From Spirochaetales bacterium (lineage in GTDB: Bacteria > Spirochaetota > Spirochaetia > JABEVK01): a stretch of DNA of 38,817 nt. Where the stretch lies: NCBI GenBank assembly GCA_037142615.1, contig JBAXAI010000035.1, positions 1 to 38,817 of the forward strand, given 5' to 3'. This document shows, one piece after another, positions 19,536 to 29,295 of this stretch; position 1 is the first letter of the stretch; each line of letters opens with the position of its first letter. Made by a program: the position numbers and the translations under genes. The notes below the pieces were generated by a model. It was not told the DNA's origin, did no database searches, and saw nothing but the letters and a program-made list of their open reading frames with translations.

Positions 19536-21422
19536 GTGGACAGTGCCGACTTGCGAACCAGAATTTCCCAGTTGTCTGTCGCCGTCATCGGGGATATTTG
19601 CCTCGACGCTTACTACTTCCTTCGGGAAGAATCGGGCCCGGTTTCGATCGAAACCGGAAAACGGACCAGAGCTGTCGAAACCTACCGCTTCGATGGTGGG
19701 GGCGCCGCGAACGTCGCTCTGAACCTCAAAAGCCTGGGGGTGGGAACGGTCGACCTCTTCGGCGTCGTCGGTGAGGACAGCTACGCGCTCGTGCTGGGTT
19801 CGGTTTTGGAGCAAGCCGGCGTTTCGAACCGGGCGGTCACTCAAAAGACCCAGTGGTCCACCCATGTGTACAACAAGTTTTATTCCGGCGGAGTCGAAGA
19901 ACCCCGGGTGGACATCGGAAACTTCAATGTGGCGGCCGACGGCACCATCGACCTCCTGCTGGCCGCGCTCCAAAGCCGGCTGGAAGCCTACGATTTGGTC
20001 CTTTTGAACCAGCAGGTGGTCGAAAGTTATCAGACGGTGCGCTTCCAACAGGCCCTCAACGCCCTGGTCGAGCAGACGAGGGGAAAAACCCTGTGGTTCT
20101 GCGATTGCCGCGACCTGAATGACGTGTATTTTTCGACAATCCACAAGCTGAACCGAGACGAAGGCCTGAGAATCTACGGGGCCCACCATCCCGACAACCC
20201 CCCGATTGCGCTTTCGGACCTTGACCTCATCGGTTGGCTGTTCTCGCACTGGAACAACCCGGTCGTCCTGACCGACGGCGACGCTGGGGCGCTGGTCACC
20301 GACGGCAAACAGACCCGCGAGGTTCCCGGAGTCCACGTGATCCACCAGGTCGATACCGTCGGCGCAGGCGATGCGTTCTTGGCAGCGTTCGCCTGCGCGT
20401 ACACCGTCGGCGTGAGCGGCCACGAAGCCACGAATCTCGGCAATGTGGCCGCCTCAGTCGCGGTGCAGAAGCTGTTCCAAACCGGTCACCCCACGTGGGA
20501 CGAAGTCCAAGCCGGGTTGGTGTCGACCGACTACCGCTACCATACCGAGCTCGCCGCCCATCCTCAGCTCGCCAAGTACCTGCCCGGAACGGAAATCGAG
20601 CTCATCACGAAGCCCGTCGGCGAGGGTCCTCAGGTGGCCATCTTCGACCACGACGGGACGATTTCGACGCTCCGGAGGGGCTGGGAAGCGATCATGGAGC
20701 CGATGATGGTGGCGGCTGTTGTGGGGGACGGTCCAGCACCCGGTGCGGAGCCTCTGGCGCAGATCCAGGCCGCCGTGGCCAGCCTGATCGCCCGCACCAC
20801 GGGAGTACAGACGCTGTTGCAAATGCACGCCCTGGGAAAACTGGTTCGAGACTTTGGACGGGTCGCTGAGGCACAGATTCGTTCGCCACAAGAGTACAAA
20901 GCCATCTACAACCAAGAATTGCTGAATCTCATCCGGGAAAGGACGGTAGGCGTCGCTTCGGGGCGTCTGTCGGTGAGTGATGTGACGCTCAAGGGGTCGG
21001 TGGAGTTCCTCCACAGGCTCCACCAAGCCGGAGTGACCCTGTACCTGGCCAGCGGAACCGATGTGAACGACGTCGTCGCGGAAGCCACGCTGCTGGGCTA
21101 TGCCCACCTGTTCGAGGGCCGAATCTTCGGTTCCGTGGGCAACCTCGACCAAGACCCCAAACGCTTGGTCTTTGAGCAGCTCCTCGGTGACGTTTCCCGA
21201 GCGCGTGGCCTGCGGTGCGCCGTGTTTGGCGACGGCCCGGTGGAACTGCGGGAAGGCAAAAAGTTCGGGGCGACGACGATCGGTCTGGTGAGCGACGAGC
21301 GCCAGCGCTACGGACTCAACCCCGCCAAGCGCAGCCGCTTGGTTCTCGCCGGCGCCGACGTCCTGATACCGGATTTCTCGTGGCACCGAGAGCTGACGAC
21401 CTACCTCGGCTGGAACCTCTAG
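19536..21422 (+). CDS. Bifunctional PfkB (RfaE-like) sugar kinase / HAD hydrolase
   Basis: VIGDICLD, GGAANVA, DTVGAGDAF; second domain IFDHDGT, LASGT, FGDGPVE. Confidence 0.82.
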   Translation: MDSADLRTRISQLSVAVIGDICLDAYYFLREESGPVSIETGKRTRAVETYRFDGGGAANVALNLKSLGVGTVDLFGVVGEDSYALVLGSVLEQAGVSNRAVTQKTQWSTHVYNKFYSGGVEEPRVDIGNFNVAADGTIDLLLAALQSRLEAYDLVLLNQQVVESYQTVRFQQALNALVEQTRGKTLWFCDCRDLNDVYFSTIHKLNRDEGLRIYGAHHPDNPPIALSDLDLIGWLFSHWNNPVVLTDGDAGALVTDGKQTREVPGVHVIHQVDTVGAGDAFLAAFACAYTVGVSGHEATNLGNVAASVAVQKLFQTGHPTWDEVQAGLVSTDYRYHTELAAHPQLAKYLPGTEIELITKPVGEGPQVAIFDHDGTISTLRRGWEAIMEPMMVAAVVGDGPAPGAEPLAQIQAAVASLIARTTGVQTLLQMHALGKLVRDFGRVAEAQIRSPQEYKAIYNQELLNLIRERTVGVASGRLSVSDVTLKGSVEFLHRLHQAGVTLYLASGTDVNDVVAEATLLGYAHLFEGRIFGSVGNLDQDPKRLVFEQLLGDVSRARGLRCAVFGDGPVELREGKKFGATTIGLVSDERQRYGLNPAKRSRLVLAGADVLIPDFSWHRELTTYLGWNL

Positions 21423-21431
21423 GAGACGACG

Positions 21432-22565
21432 ATGACGCTTTTCGACCGCTCCGAAATGCAGTTTTTCCCCTTGGCTTCGCGAAAGAACAAGGTGGAGATT
21501 GTTTCGTCCTCCCGCGCTGTCCTCGAAGACAGGTCTGCGCTTCCTGCCGAGTTGGACGCCCGGACCTACCAGATCGCGCAACAGATCCTGAAGGCCCGAG
21601 AGACTTCGGCGAGCGTAATTCTCGCCTTTGGCGCCCACACGATCAAAAACTCGCTTGGGGTGCTGCTGATCGAGTTTATCAAGCGCGGCTGGTTGACCCA
21701 TCTGGCGACCAACGGTGCAGGCGTCATCCACGACTGGGAGTTTGCGTTTCAGGGGTTGAGCAGCGAAGACGTGAGGGAGAATGTGGACCAGGGCCGGTTT
21801 GGGACCTGGCACGAGACCTGCCTCACCCTCAACCTCGCCTTGGCCGTGGGGGCGTTTGAGGGCCGTGGGTACGGCGAGTCAGTCGGCTCGATGATCCTTC
21901 AGAACGGGCTGGAGCTGCCTTCGCGCGAAAACTTGACCAGCCTGATTTCGGCACCCCTGCTCAGCCTCGATGCGGAAACCCTGGCCACCCGCGCGGCGGC
22001 GGCCGACCTTTTGTCGCTTCTGGTCGACCTGGACCTTCCGTCGGGCTGGTACCCGGTGGCCCACCGGTTTGCCGAGTACAGCGTGCAGAAGGCGGCTCTC
22101 ACCGCGAGGGTGCCCTTTACCAGCCACCCGATGTTTGGTTGCGACATCATCTATACGCACCCGGCCAACCACGGGGCCGCGCTGGGAAGAACCGCGGAAC
22201 GCGACTTTTTGAGCTTTGCCCACAGCGTGGCCAACCTGGAAGGCGGCGTGTACCTGAGCGTGGGTTCGGCCGTCATGTCGCCCATGATTTTCGAAAAGTC
22301 CCTGTCGATGGCGCGCAACGTGGCCCAGCAGCGGGGAAAAGACATCCGCGACTGTCACATCCATGTGGTCGACCTTGCCGAGGCCGCCTGGGACTGGAGC
22401 CAGGGGGAACCCCCGCTGGACAATCCCGCGTACTACCACCGGTTCATGAAAACCTTCCACCGGATGGGGTGCGATCTGGACTACACGGCGACCGACAACC
22501 GCCTGTTCTTTTTGGCTCTCTACAGAAACTTGCTCAAGCTCGATGCGACGAGCGAACGGAACTAA
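21432..22565 (+). CDS. Conserved hypothetical protein, deoxyhypusine-synthase-like fold
   Basis: GAHTIKN, LATNGAGVIHD, GGVYLSVGSAVMSP. Fold assignment is from motif recall only. Confidence 0.6.
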   Translation: MTLFDRSEMQFFPLASRKNKVEIVSSSRAVLEDRSALPAELDARTYQIAQQILKARETSASVILAFGAHTIKNSLGVLLIEFIKRGWLTHLATNGAGVIHDWEFAFQGLSSEDVRENVDQGRFGTWHETCLTLNLALAVGAFEGRGYGESVGSMILQNGLELPSRENLTSLISAPLLSLDAETLATRAAAADLLSLLVDLDLPSGWYPVAHRFAEYSVQKAALTARVPFTSHPMFGCDIIYTHPANHGAALGRTAERDFLSFAHSVANLEGGVYLSVGSAVMSPMIFEKSLSMARNVAQQRGKDIRDCHIHVVDLAEAAWDWSQGEPPLDNPAYYHRFMKTFHRMGCDLDYTATDNRLFFLALYRNLLKLDATSERN

Positions 22566-22579
22566 ACGGGGGGATCTCC

Positions 22580-23650
22580 ATGCCAACGAAGTCTGCTGAA
22601 CTGGCCAGTCGGCCCGTCTTTTTTGAACAGAACCGTGTGTTGCGGGTGTACGAAGGGGGCAAGCTGTTTGCCGACTTTTTCGGCGACCAATCGACCGACG
22701 GCAATCTGCCGGAAGAGTGGATTGCCTCGCGTGTGAAGGCCCTGAACCGCGACTCCAGCGACCCCAACGAGGGCTTGAGCACCATCCGGGGCGAAGCCCT
22801 GAAGTTTGCGGAACTGCTGAAGCTGGAACCTGAACTGATGTTGGGAAAAGGCGGCAACTTCGAAGTTCTGGTCAAGATTCTCGACAGCGCGATCCGCTTA
22901 CCCATCCAGGCTCATCCCGACAAAGCCTTTTCGCAGAAGCACTTCCATAGCGATCACGGCAAAACAGAAATGTGGCTGGTCCTCGCGACCAGGCCGGGTG
23001 CGAGAATCTATTTTGGCTTTGACCGGGCCCTCACCAAGGAGCAGTTTGCCCAGGCCGTCGAACGGACTTTGGACGACAAACAGGCGCTGACGGGCCTGCT
23101 CAACGAGGTCAAAGTGACCCCCGGCGAAGTCTACCTGATCCCGGCCAGGACGGTGCACGCGATCGGGTACGGTTGTTTGATCCTGGAAGTCCAGGAACCC
23201 ACCGACTTCACGATTCAGCCCGAGTATTGGTGCGGCGACTACCGGCTCAACGACTACGAGATGTACCTCGGGTTGACGAAAGACATCGCCCTCGACTGCT
23301 TTGACTTTTCGGTGTTTGGGCCTGACTGCATTTCCCTTTCGCGCAGGGTCCCCAAGGTCAAAGCCTCTGCGCCGGGGGTTCTGCTCGAAGATCTGATTGA
23401 CCACACGGACACACCCTGCTTTTCGGTGAAGAGGGTCACGCTCGAGCGGGCCTCACACGTGATCGAGGCTTGTCGGTGCGTCTGCATCGTGGTCGAAGGC
23501 CAAGGAGAGCTTCGCTTGGTTTCCGACGCTACGAAAGTCGACAAACTCAAAAAGGGTGACTACTTCTTCCTGCCACACGCAACGCAAAGGCAATACCAAC
23601 TGGTGACGGATTCGCGGCTCCAGGTGGTGTTCTGCTACCCGCCGGTTTGA
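22580..23650 (+). CDS. Class I mannose-6-phosphate isomerase-like cupin
   Basis: PEEW, LVKILD, IQAHPD, GKTEMW, VHAIG, EVQEPTD. Confidence 0.82.
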   Translation: MPTKSAELASRPVFFEQNRVLRVYEGGKLFADFFGDQSTDGNLPEEWIASRVKALNRDSSDPNEGLSTIRGEALKFAELLKLEPELMLGKGGNFEVLVKILDSAIRLPIQAHPDKAFSQKHFHSDHGKTEMWLVLATRPGARIYFGFDRALTKEQFAQAVERTLDDKQALTGLLNEVKVTPGEVYLIPARTVHAIGYGCLILEVQEPTDFTIQPEYWCGDYRLNDYEMYLGLTKDIALDCFDFSVFGPDCISLSRRVPKVKASAPGVLLEDLIDHTDTPCFSVKRVTLERASHVIEACRCVCIVVEGQGELRLVSDATKVDKLKKGDYFFLPHATQRQYQLVTDSRLQVVFCYPPV

Positions 23651-23659
23651 AGGGGCCTC

Positions 23660-24850
23660 TCAGACGAGACTCTTCCACAGCGGTCCTCGGCCGCCCAGGA
23701 AGTGCTCTACCACCAGGTTGGCGCTCGAGAGCACCTGGGGGCTGGCTTCGAGGCCAGACTGCAGAATCGAGACCTGGCGGCTCCCCCGGGAAATCACCTG
23801 GGAGTTCACCTTGGCGCTGATGCTCTGCCTCAAGTCGATGGCCTCGGGACCGATTTCGCCGCACAGCACCACAACCGGCAAATCCAGAATGTTGACCGCC
23901 GTCACCAGCAGGGCGGCCAGATAGCTGGCTTCGCGCTCCACCGCGCCCTTTGCCGGCGGGTGGCCCGCTTTTGCCAACGAAATGATTTGCCCCCAGTCGG
24001 ATAGCTCGGGATGGTCGCGCCCAACGGTGGCTACGAGGTTCGGGATAGACGCGTAAAGTTCGAAACAACCTCGGTTTCCGCAGCTGCAAAGAGGTCCGTC
24101 GGCAGCCAGGCTGATATGGCCGAACTCGTTGCCGAAACCCGTGGCGCCCTTGGTCAACTCGCCGTTCAGAATCAACCCGGCCCCAATGCCCGAATCGACC
24201 ACCAGTTGCAGGAAGGTTTCGTGCTCGCGCCCCAGTCCAAAGCTCTTTTCGGCCAAAGCCAAGGCGTTGGCGATGTTCTCGAGCAACACCAGGCAGCCCA
24301 GGCGTTCGGTGAAGAACTTGGCGATTTCGACGTTGTGCCAGCTGCCGAGGTTGGGCGGCGACAGGATGACTCCGTTCTTCACGTCCAGCGGACCGGGTGC
24401 AGTAATCCCGAGACCCAGAAGAACGCCGGCAGGAGCACTGTTGGCCACCAAGCCCCTGAGTTCCGCCTCCATGTGTTCCAGTGTTCGTTGATAGGGCAGC
24501 TCGAGGTTAAGCGGCTGATGAACCCGCGCGCCGACGTTTCCGGCGAAGTCCACGATACCCAGCGAGTAACCACTGCGCGAAATGTCGATTCCCAAGCAGT
24601 AGCCGAGCCGGGGATTGTACGCCAAACTCACCGAAGGCCTGCCCACACCCTGCCCTCTCGGGGCACCTTCGAGCAGCATTTGCTTTTCGAGCAGTTGGTC
24701 GACCAGCAAACCGATGGCGGCCCTGCTGAGACCAGTTCTGCGAGCCAGATCGGCCCGCGAATAGGGGTGCCGCCTAAGCAGGCGCAAAAGCCTCAGCCGG
24801 TTTTGATTCCTCATCGCGGCGGCGTTGTTCGGACCCATGGAACGAACCAT
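23660..24850 (-). CDS. ROK family transcriptional regulator
   Basis: SRADLARRTGLS HTH, GIGAG, EFGH, CSCGNRGCFE. Confidence 0.92.
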   Translation of the reverse strand: MVRSMGPNNAAAMRNQNRLRLLRLLRRHPYSRADLARRTGLSRAAIGLLVDQLLEKQMLLEGAPRGQGVGRPSVSLAYNPRLGYCLGIDISRSGYSLGIVDFAGNVGARVHQPLNLELPYQRTLEHMEAELRGLVANSAPAGVLLGLGITAPGPLDVKNGVILSPPNLGSWHNVEIAKFFTERLGCLVLLENIANALALAEKSFGLGREHETFLQLVVDSGIGAGLILNGELTKGATGFGNEFGHISLAADGPLCSCGNRGCFELYASIPNLVATVGRDHPELSDWGQIISLAKAGHPPAKGAVEREASYLAALLVTAVNILDLPVVVLCGEIGPEAIDLRQSISAKVNSQVISRGSRQVSILQSGLEASPQVLSSANLVVEHFLGGRGPLWKSLV

Positions 24851-24900
24851 AGTGAATCCTGACCAAGAAGTAAATCATCCCGACGCCGACGCTGGGGGAT

Positions 24901-24933
24901 CGGGTAACGCGTCAGGACGTTTGTCCTCGGATA
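24901..24933 (+). repeat. Array repeat, leftmost degenerate copy
   Basis: CGCGTCAGGACGTTTGTCCTCG matches 20/22 nt of the copy at 28411-28432; marks the left edge of the accessory region. Confidence 0.65.
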
Positions 24934-24992
24934 GTTGCGCAGCTTGACGACTGTAGCCGAAATGCCTGCGGTTGAATTGCTGGAGGATGACC

Positions 24993-25160
24993 ATGAGGCA
25001 AGTTTCTTTGCGAGAGTTCCGGACCCGCGGTGCTAAAGCCAGCCTCCGCGAGAGTTGGCGTCTGGCTCGGGAAGTGGGAGTGGATACTTTGACCGACGAA
25101 CAGATGGGCGAAGAAATCCAGTTAGCCCGAAGAACCATCCGAAACACGCCGACCCCATGA
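24993..25160 (+). pseudogene. Antitoxin (Phd-like start), probably internally deleted
   Basis: MRQVSLREFRTRGAKASLRESW...; short; ATGA overlap with a PIN gene. Confidence 0.55.
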
Positions 25161-25400
25161 GAGTGGTGGTTCTTGACACCAATGTCCTGATCTCTGCGGG
25201 AATCAACCCGGTTGGTCCACCGGGCAAGATCGTCAAGTCTTCGGCCGACCCAAGTTTCAAGCCTACGGTTTTCCACCCTATTGGCTGGAATTTCTCATTG
25301 CGAACAGTCTGATGGTGGACGAACCGCAACCTTGGCCTATTTCCCGGTTGAAATCAGGCAGAACGTTGCGGTCGTGCCTCCGTCACAGTACCTTGATGTT
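25157..25400 (+). pseudogene. PIN-domain toxin remnant
   Basis: MRVVVLDTNVLISAGINPVGPPGKIV, then loses frame; 3' end approximate. Confidence 0.65.
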
Positions 25401-25641
25401 GTCTGTTCCACCTCTTCCCGTCGTGCTACCAGAAGAGAACCGAGTACCTGGCCAAGGGTCGTCCCCGGGTACATTTTGCCCCGGTTGGTCGAAAACCACG
25501 GCTTGCGCCGAGATCACAGTTCCTATCATTTTTTTCATCGTACGAACTTAGGCTCTGGTTTGCCCAGAGGCAAATCTCCCTTTGCCGGAATCCGGTTTAT
25601 AATCACACGGAAGAGTGGAGACTTACTTCCGGAGGAAAGCG

Positions 25642-27528
25642 ATGCAGACGCAAAGAAACTACCTGAGACTGGCGTTGTTCCTGGGTGCCCTGATGCTCCT
25701 GAGCGGGACGGCAGGCGCCCAGGCTCGCGACTGGACGGTCCTGGTCTACCTGATGGCCGACAACAACCTTGAAACCGCGGCCATGACCGATATTGCCGAA
25801 ATGACCCAGGCTGATACCGGCACCAAGGCCTCGATTGTGATGCAGGTCACGGCCAGCGGCGACAACAATGATGAGCCCAAGGTGGTCAACCTCAACCGGA
25901 TCACGACGACCAAACGGCTCGAAGCCCGCAAGGGAAGCCTCAAGGAACTTGCCGACCTTGGAAAAATCAATTCCGCAGACCCGAAGAAACTGGCCGAGTT
26001 CATTTCGTGGGGAATCAAGACCTACCCGGCGCAGCATTATGCGCTGGTCTTGTGGGACCACGGCGGAGCCTGGCCCGGCTACGGAGAAGACGACGCCCAC
26101 GATGGTGCAGGCTTCGACCTGGCCGGCCTGACCAGCGCGATCACGGATGGCCTCAAGGGCGGTGCGGTCAAGCAACTGGATCTTTTGGGCTTCGATGCCT
26201 GCCTGATGGCCACCTATGAGGTCGCGCGCGCCGTCCGTCCGCTCGCCAAGTACCTGCTGGCCAGCGAAGAATTGGAGCCTGGACACGGCTGGGATTACTC
26301 CGTACTGACGGCTTTGGCAAAGAACCCCAATACCGAGGCACTGGGCAAGACCATCATCAAGGGGTTTGCCGACTCGTCGACCGCCGAGGGCGACCGTGAG
26401 GAGGTCACGCTTTCGCTGCTCAACCTGCAGAAGATGGACGCCCTCGATGCAGCCGTCAGCGCCTTCGCTACCTACGGCCGCACCAAGATCAGCCAGATAG
26501 CACCGCAACTCGGCCGCATCCAGAACAAGACCCAGGGCTTCGGAAAGTCCGCCAAACCGGAAGAAGACACCAACATGATCGACCTCGGGCAGTTCGTCAG
26601 CCTCTACGCCGAAACCGACACGGGTGCCGGCGCGATCAAGAAGCAGTTTGACGCCGCTCTGGCAGCGCTCGTGGTCGATAAGATCAGCGGAAACCTGACG
26701 AAAGGTTCTACCGGCCTGTCGATCTACTTTCCCAACCAGAAGCGCTACTACAGTGCCCCCTACGACGCCATCGACTCCGGGCCGTGGAAAGCCCTCTTGG
26801 CCGACTACTACAAGGGCGGCTCCAGCCTCTCGCCTGCCAAGAGCACCGGAACCTACAATCTCGCCTTCACCAACGCCGACAACACCGGCGACCTGTCGGT
26901 TGACGCCGACGGCATGGTCACCCTCACGGGCACCCTCCCCAAGGACGTTGTGACCAAAGTGGTCGAGGGCCTGTTCTCGTTTGGCATGATCGATGGTGAG
27001 GACCTGGTCTTCCTCGGCGACACCGAAGTCTTCATCGACGACGAGACCGGCGAAGTGAGCGGAACCTGGGACCTGCAGATCCTCAAGATGAAGCAAGGGA
27101 AGAACGAGGCCTACTGCTACAGCAGCGAAACCGGAAAGGAAGACGGCGGCTTCGAGTACACGATTCCCCTGCGCTACTACGAGAAGGGCAAGATCAGCGG
27201 CGACGGCGAAGACATCAGTTTGGTCCTGAATACCGATGCCGAGTACAACGTCACCGGCCAGGAGTACTTCAGCACCGTCCACGACAAGTGGGGGGCTTTT
27301 ACCCCGCGCAAGGGATCCGTCGTTGTTCCCACCTGGGAACGCGCCACCGGCGACGGTGAAAGCGTGACCGAGGCCACCACCGACGTCGGTTTTGACCCGA
27401 CAAAAGGCCTCACCTACGACTACGAAGCCATCGACACCGAAACCACCGACATCTACCTCGAACTGGAGGTCTACGACGTGGGCGACAATTCCGATTACGT
27501 CAGCTATGAGGGATCGGCGGCTAAATAA
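25642..27528 (+). CDS. Secreted clostripain-family (peptidase C11) cysteine peptidase
   Basis: Signal peptide, WTVLVYLMADNNLE, WDHGGAW (His), FDACLM (Cys), GLSIYFP; acidic C-terminal region; GGAGG RBS. Confidence 0.88.
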   Translation: MQTQRNYLRLALFLGALMLLSGTAGAQARDWTVLVYLMADNNLETAAMTDIAEMTQADTGTKASIVMQVTASGDNNDEPKVVNLNRITTTKRLEARKGSLKELADLGKINSADPKKLAEFISWGIKTYPAQHYALVLWDHGGAWPGYGEDDAHDGAGFDLAGLTSAITDGLKGGAVKQLDLLGFDACLMATYEVARAVRPLAKYLLASEELEPGHGWDYSVLTALAKNPNTEALGKTIIKGFADSSTAEGDREEVTLSLLNLQKMDALDAAVSAFATYGRTKISQIAPQLGRIQNKTQGFGKSAKPEEDTNMIDLGQFVSLYAETDTGAGAIKKQFDAALAALVVDKISGNLTKGSTGLSIYFPNQKRYYSAPYDAIDSGPWKALLADYYKGGSSLSPAKSTGTYNLAFTNADNTGDLSVDADGMVTLTGTLPKDVVTKVVEGLFSFGMIDGEDLVFLGDTEVFIDDETGEVSGTWDLQILKMKQGKNEAYCYSSETGKEDGGFEYTIPLRYYEKGKISGDGEDISLVLNTDAEYNVTGQEYFSTVHDKWGAFTPRKGSVVVPTWERATGDGESVTEATTDVGFDPTKGLTYDYEAIDTETTDIYLELEVYDVGDNSDYVSYEGSAAK

Positions 27529-27540
27529 GGATGTTTCCAA

Positions 27541-27730
27541 GGATATGCGGTGGTCGATCGGCTTTGGAAAGAAGGCGACACAGTCAACCTCGACCTGCCC
27601 ATGGAAGTGGGTGTCCCCGGTAGCCAGCCGCGGGTGCGGGCTACCTTCGGCAAGGTGGCGGTTGCTCACGGTCCGCTGGTGTACTGGGCGGAGCAAGTAG
27701 ACAACGGGGCCCAGTTTAATGGTCTGGCTC
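27541..27730 (+). pseudogene. C-terminal fragment of a GH127-like glycoside hydrolase
   Basis: GYAVVDRLWKEGDTVNLDLPM...GKVAVAHGPLVYWAEQVDN; no start or catalytic domain. Confidence 0.65.
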
Positions 27731-27786
27731 TCGGGTCGGCTTCCTTGGCCCGGAGGGAAAAGAACAACGTGGTAGTCGACCTGTGT

Positions 27787-28015
27787 GTGCTGGTGGTGTC
27801 GCCTGCCGAGTTCAACGAAGCAACCAAGGTGCCCGTGATTTGTCCCAACACAAGTGTTGGAACTTTCGCCAAGCGCCTTGGATTTGCTGTTCCCCTTCAT
27901 GGAATCACGACAACGGGCGTGGTTCGTTGTGATCAGCCACGCGAGAAAAGTCGATACCCTGCCAATGCCCATTATGGAAGAGGTACTGGCAAGGCTCGCA
28001 GCCATCTTTGAGTGA
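27787..28015 (+). pseudogene. PemK/MazF toxin remnant
   Basis: VLVVSPAEFNEATKVPVICP...GFAVPL...TGVVRCDQPR, then frameshift to KVDTLPMPIMEEVLARLAAIFE*. Confidence 0.75.
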
Positions 28016-28071
28016 ACCATAATCCACTGGCATGCCCTATCGTTGAGTAAGGGACCTGAAAACCAACTGCA

Positions 28072-28104
28072 CCACCCAACAAACCCGAACTCTGCGCCCA
28101 CGGC
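28072..28104 (+). repeat. Array repeat, 5' part only
   Basis: CCACCCAACAAACCCGAACTCTGCGCCCACGGC resembles 34760-34793 (PNKPKLGADG codons). Confidence 0.65.
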
Positions 28105-28115
28105 GTCTTCGAAAC

Positions 28116-28366
28116 GGCGACACTGACAATCCGGGGCTTCGATGAGACTCTGGCGAAGACCCTTCGGGGCGAAAGCCACAAGCGGAAAGACACCAACGCC
28201 TACTCCGACTTCAAGCGCGGGGCACAAAACCTCAAGCACATCGTTGCTGAAGCACAAGAGATCCTGGTGCCGATCCCTGTGCTGGCGGTGCCCAGGAAAC
28301 TAGAAACCTCGCGGAGCTGGAGCAATTCTTGGCTACCCCGCGAGTCCACGTGCCACCGATGGGCGA
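28116..28366 (+). pseudogene. Deleted duplicate of the antitoxin-vapC pair at 33669-34312
   Basis: Three near-identical blocks of 33671-34137 joined by internal deletions. Confidence 0.85.
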
Positions 28367-28388
28367 CCATCCCGCGCACTCCTAGTGA

Positions 28389-28458
28389 CCCCAAACTCGC
28401 TGACGGCAAGCGCGTCAAGACGTTCGTCCTCGACACCAAGGTGTCCGGTCAATCAGTT
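28389..28458 (+). repeat. Array repeat with palindromic core
   Basis: Encodes PKL-ADGKRVKTFVLDTKVS; core GACACCAAGGTGTC at 28432-28445. Confidence 0.9.
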
Positions 28459-28472
28459 CCTCTGGACGAAGT

Positions 28473-28886
28473 TCATCGATCCAGCCAATTCTCGACTGCC
28501 AATCCCGGCACCCGGCCGAACTCGCTCGAGTTGTCGGTAACGACAGTCAGTCCGAGGCTACGAGCGTGGGCGGCGATGAGCAGATCATTCGGGCCGATCG
28601 GCGTGCCGTTGTTTTCGAGTCTCCAGCGGATGTCGGCGTAGTGTAGGTCGACACCGGGTTCAAAGGGAAGGATTTCCAGAGCGGTCAGCATGAGTTCAAG
28701 GCGCTCGCGAAGCGCCATCGAAACACCTTTTGCCAGCCCAAAACGAATCTCGGCGGCGACAATGAGACTAGTGCAAACGCAACCATCTCCAACACGCCTC
28801 AGGTGCTGCCCAACTAGCCCTTCGGGATCCTTTGCCAGCGAACTCAAGATGTTGGTGTCCAAAAGGTAGAGCAGCCCAACCGTCAT
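28473..28886 (-). CDS. vapC: VapC PIN-domain toxin
   Basis: YLLDTNILS, AEIRFG, PIGPNDLLIAAHA, VTDNSSEF.RVPGL. Confidence 0.92.
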   Translation of the reverse strand: MTVGLLYLLDTNILSSLAKDPEGLVGQHLRRVGDGCVCTSLIVAAEIRFGLAKGVSMALRERLELMLTALEILPFEPGVDLHYADIRWRLENNGTPIGPNDLLIAAHARSLGLTVVTDNSSEFGRVPGLAVENWLDR

Positions 28887-29125
28887 AGCCGGATGTCATC
28901 CACAGGCGGCAAACCCTTGTCCACGTCGGGAAAGGAATCGCTCAGCGGTGGCAGGCTTTCGAGCAGAGCCAGAAGGCCGCGCGGAGCTATGACCGGCTCG
29001 ACAATGAGGCGGTGTCCCTCTCGATGGATCAGCACTTCCTTGCCCGGAAGTTCCATTTCCCGGGGAATCCGCACCGCTTGATTGCGGCCGTTGCGAAATA
29101 GGCTGGCATGACGGATGATCGGCAT
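28883..29125 (-). CDS. vapB: VapB antitoxin, AbrB fold
   Basis: ASLFRNGRNQAVRIPRE; overlaps the vapC start. Confidence 0.9.
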   Translation of the reverse strand: MPIIRHASLFRNGRNQAVRIPREMELPGKEVLIHREGHRLIVEPVIAPRGLLALLESLPPLSDSFPDVDKGLPPVDDIRL

Positions 29126-29174
29126 AGGTCAAGAATAGGCCCGTCTTTGCTGGCCGTCAAGTTCGGGTTGATGT

Positions 29175-29204
29175 GCCGACGACAAGCGCGTGAAGACGTT
29201 CGTC
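29175..29204 (+). repeat. Array repeat, truncated before the core
   Basis: GCCGACGACAAGCGCGTGAAGACGTTCGTC (ADDKRVKTFV). Confidence 0.8.
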
Positions 29205-29244
29205 GGAGTTCCTCCACCAGGGTTGACCCGCAGTACGGCCCCAA

Positions 29245-29268
29245 CTCGGCGCCGGTGGTCTTGAAGGT
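29245..29268 (+). repeat. Array repeat, short 5' fragment
   Basis: ACGGCCCCAACTCGGCGCCGGTGG; 12 nt exact match AACTCGGCGCCG to the copies at 34752 and 38653. Confidence 0.5.
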
Positions 29269-29295
29269 TTTTGCCAATTTCGTTACCATTTTGCC

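Noticed and set aside
25157-25190. VLDTNVL start of this PIN gene as another array repeat
   Set aside because: It lacks the GKRVKTF codons and continues as a normal PIN toxin sequence.
27550-28011. 153 aa ORF as a novel glycosidase-toxin fusion
   Set aside because: Chance in-frame joining of two remnants; both lack essential parts and the MazF half is frameshifted.
28189-28197. Deletion junction at GACACCAAC (vapC DTN codons) as a secondary att site
   Set aside because: No palindromic right arm, and the retained side is wrong for the array pattern; ordinary deletion explains it.
25603-28257. 884 aa minus-strand ORF
   Set aside because: Antisense shadow of the clostripain gene and adjacent remnants; no motifs of its own.
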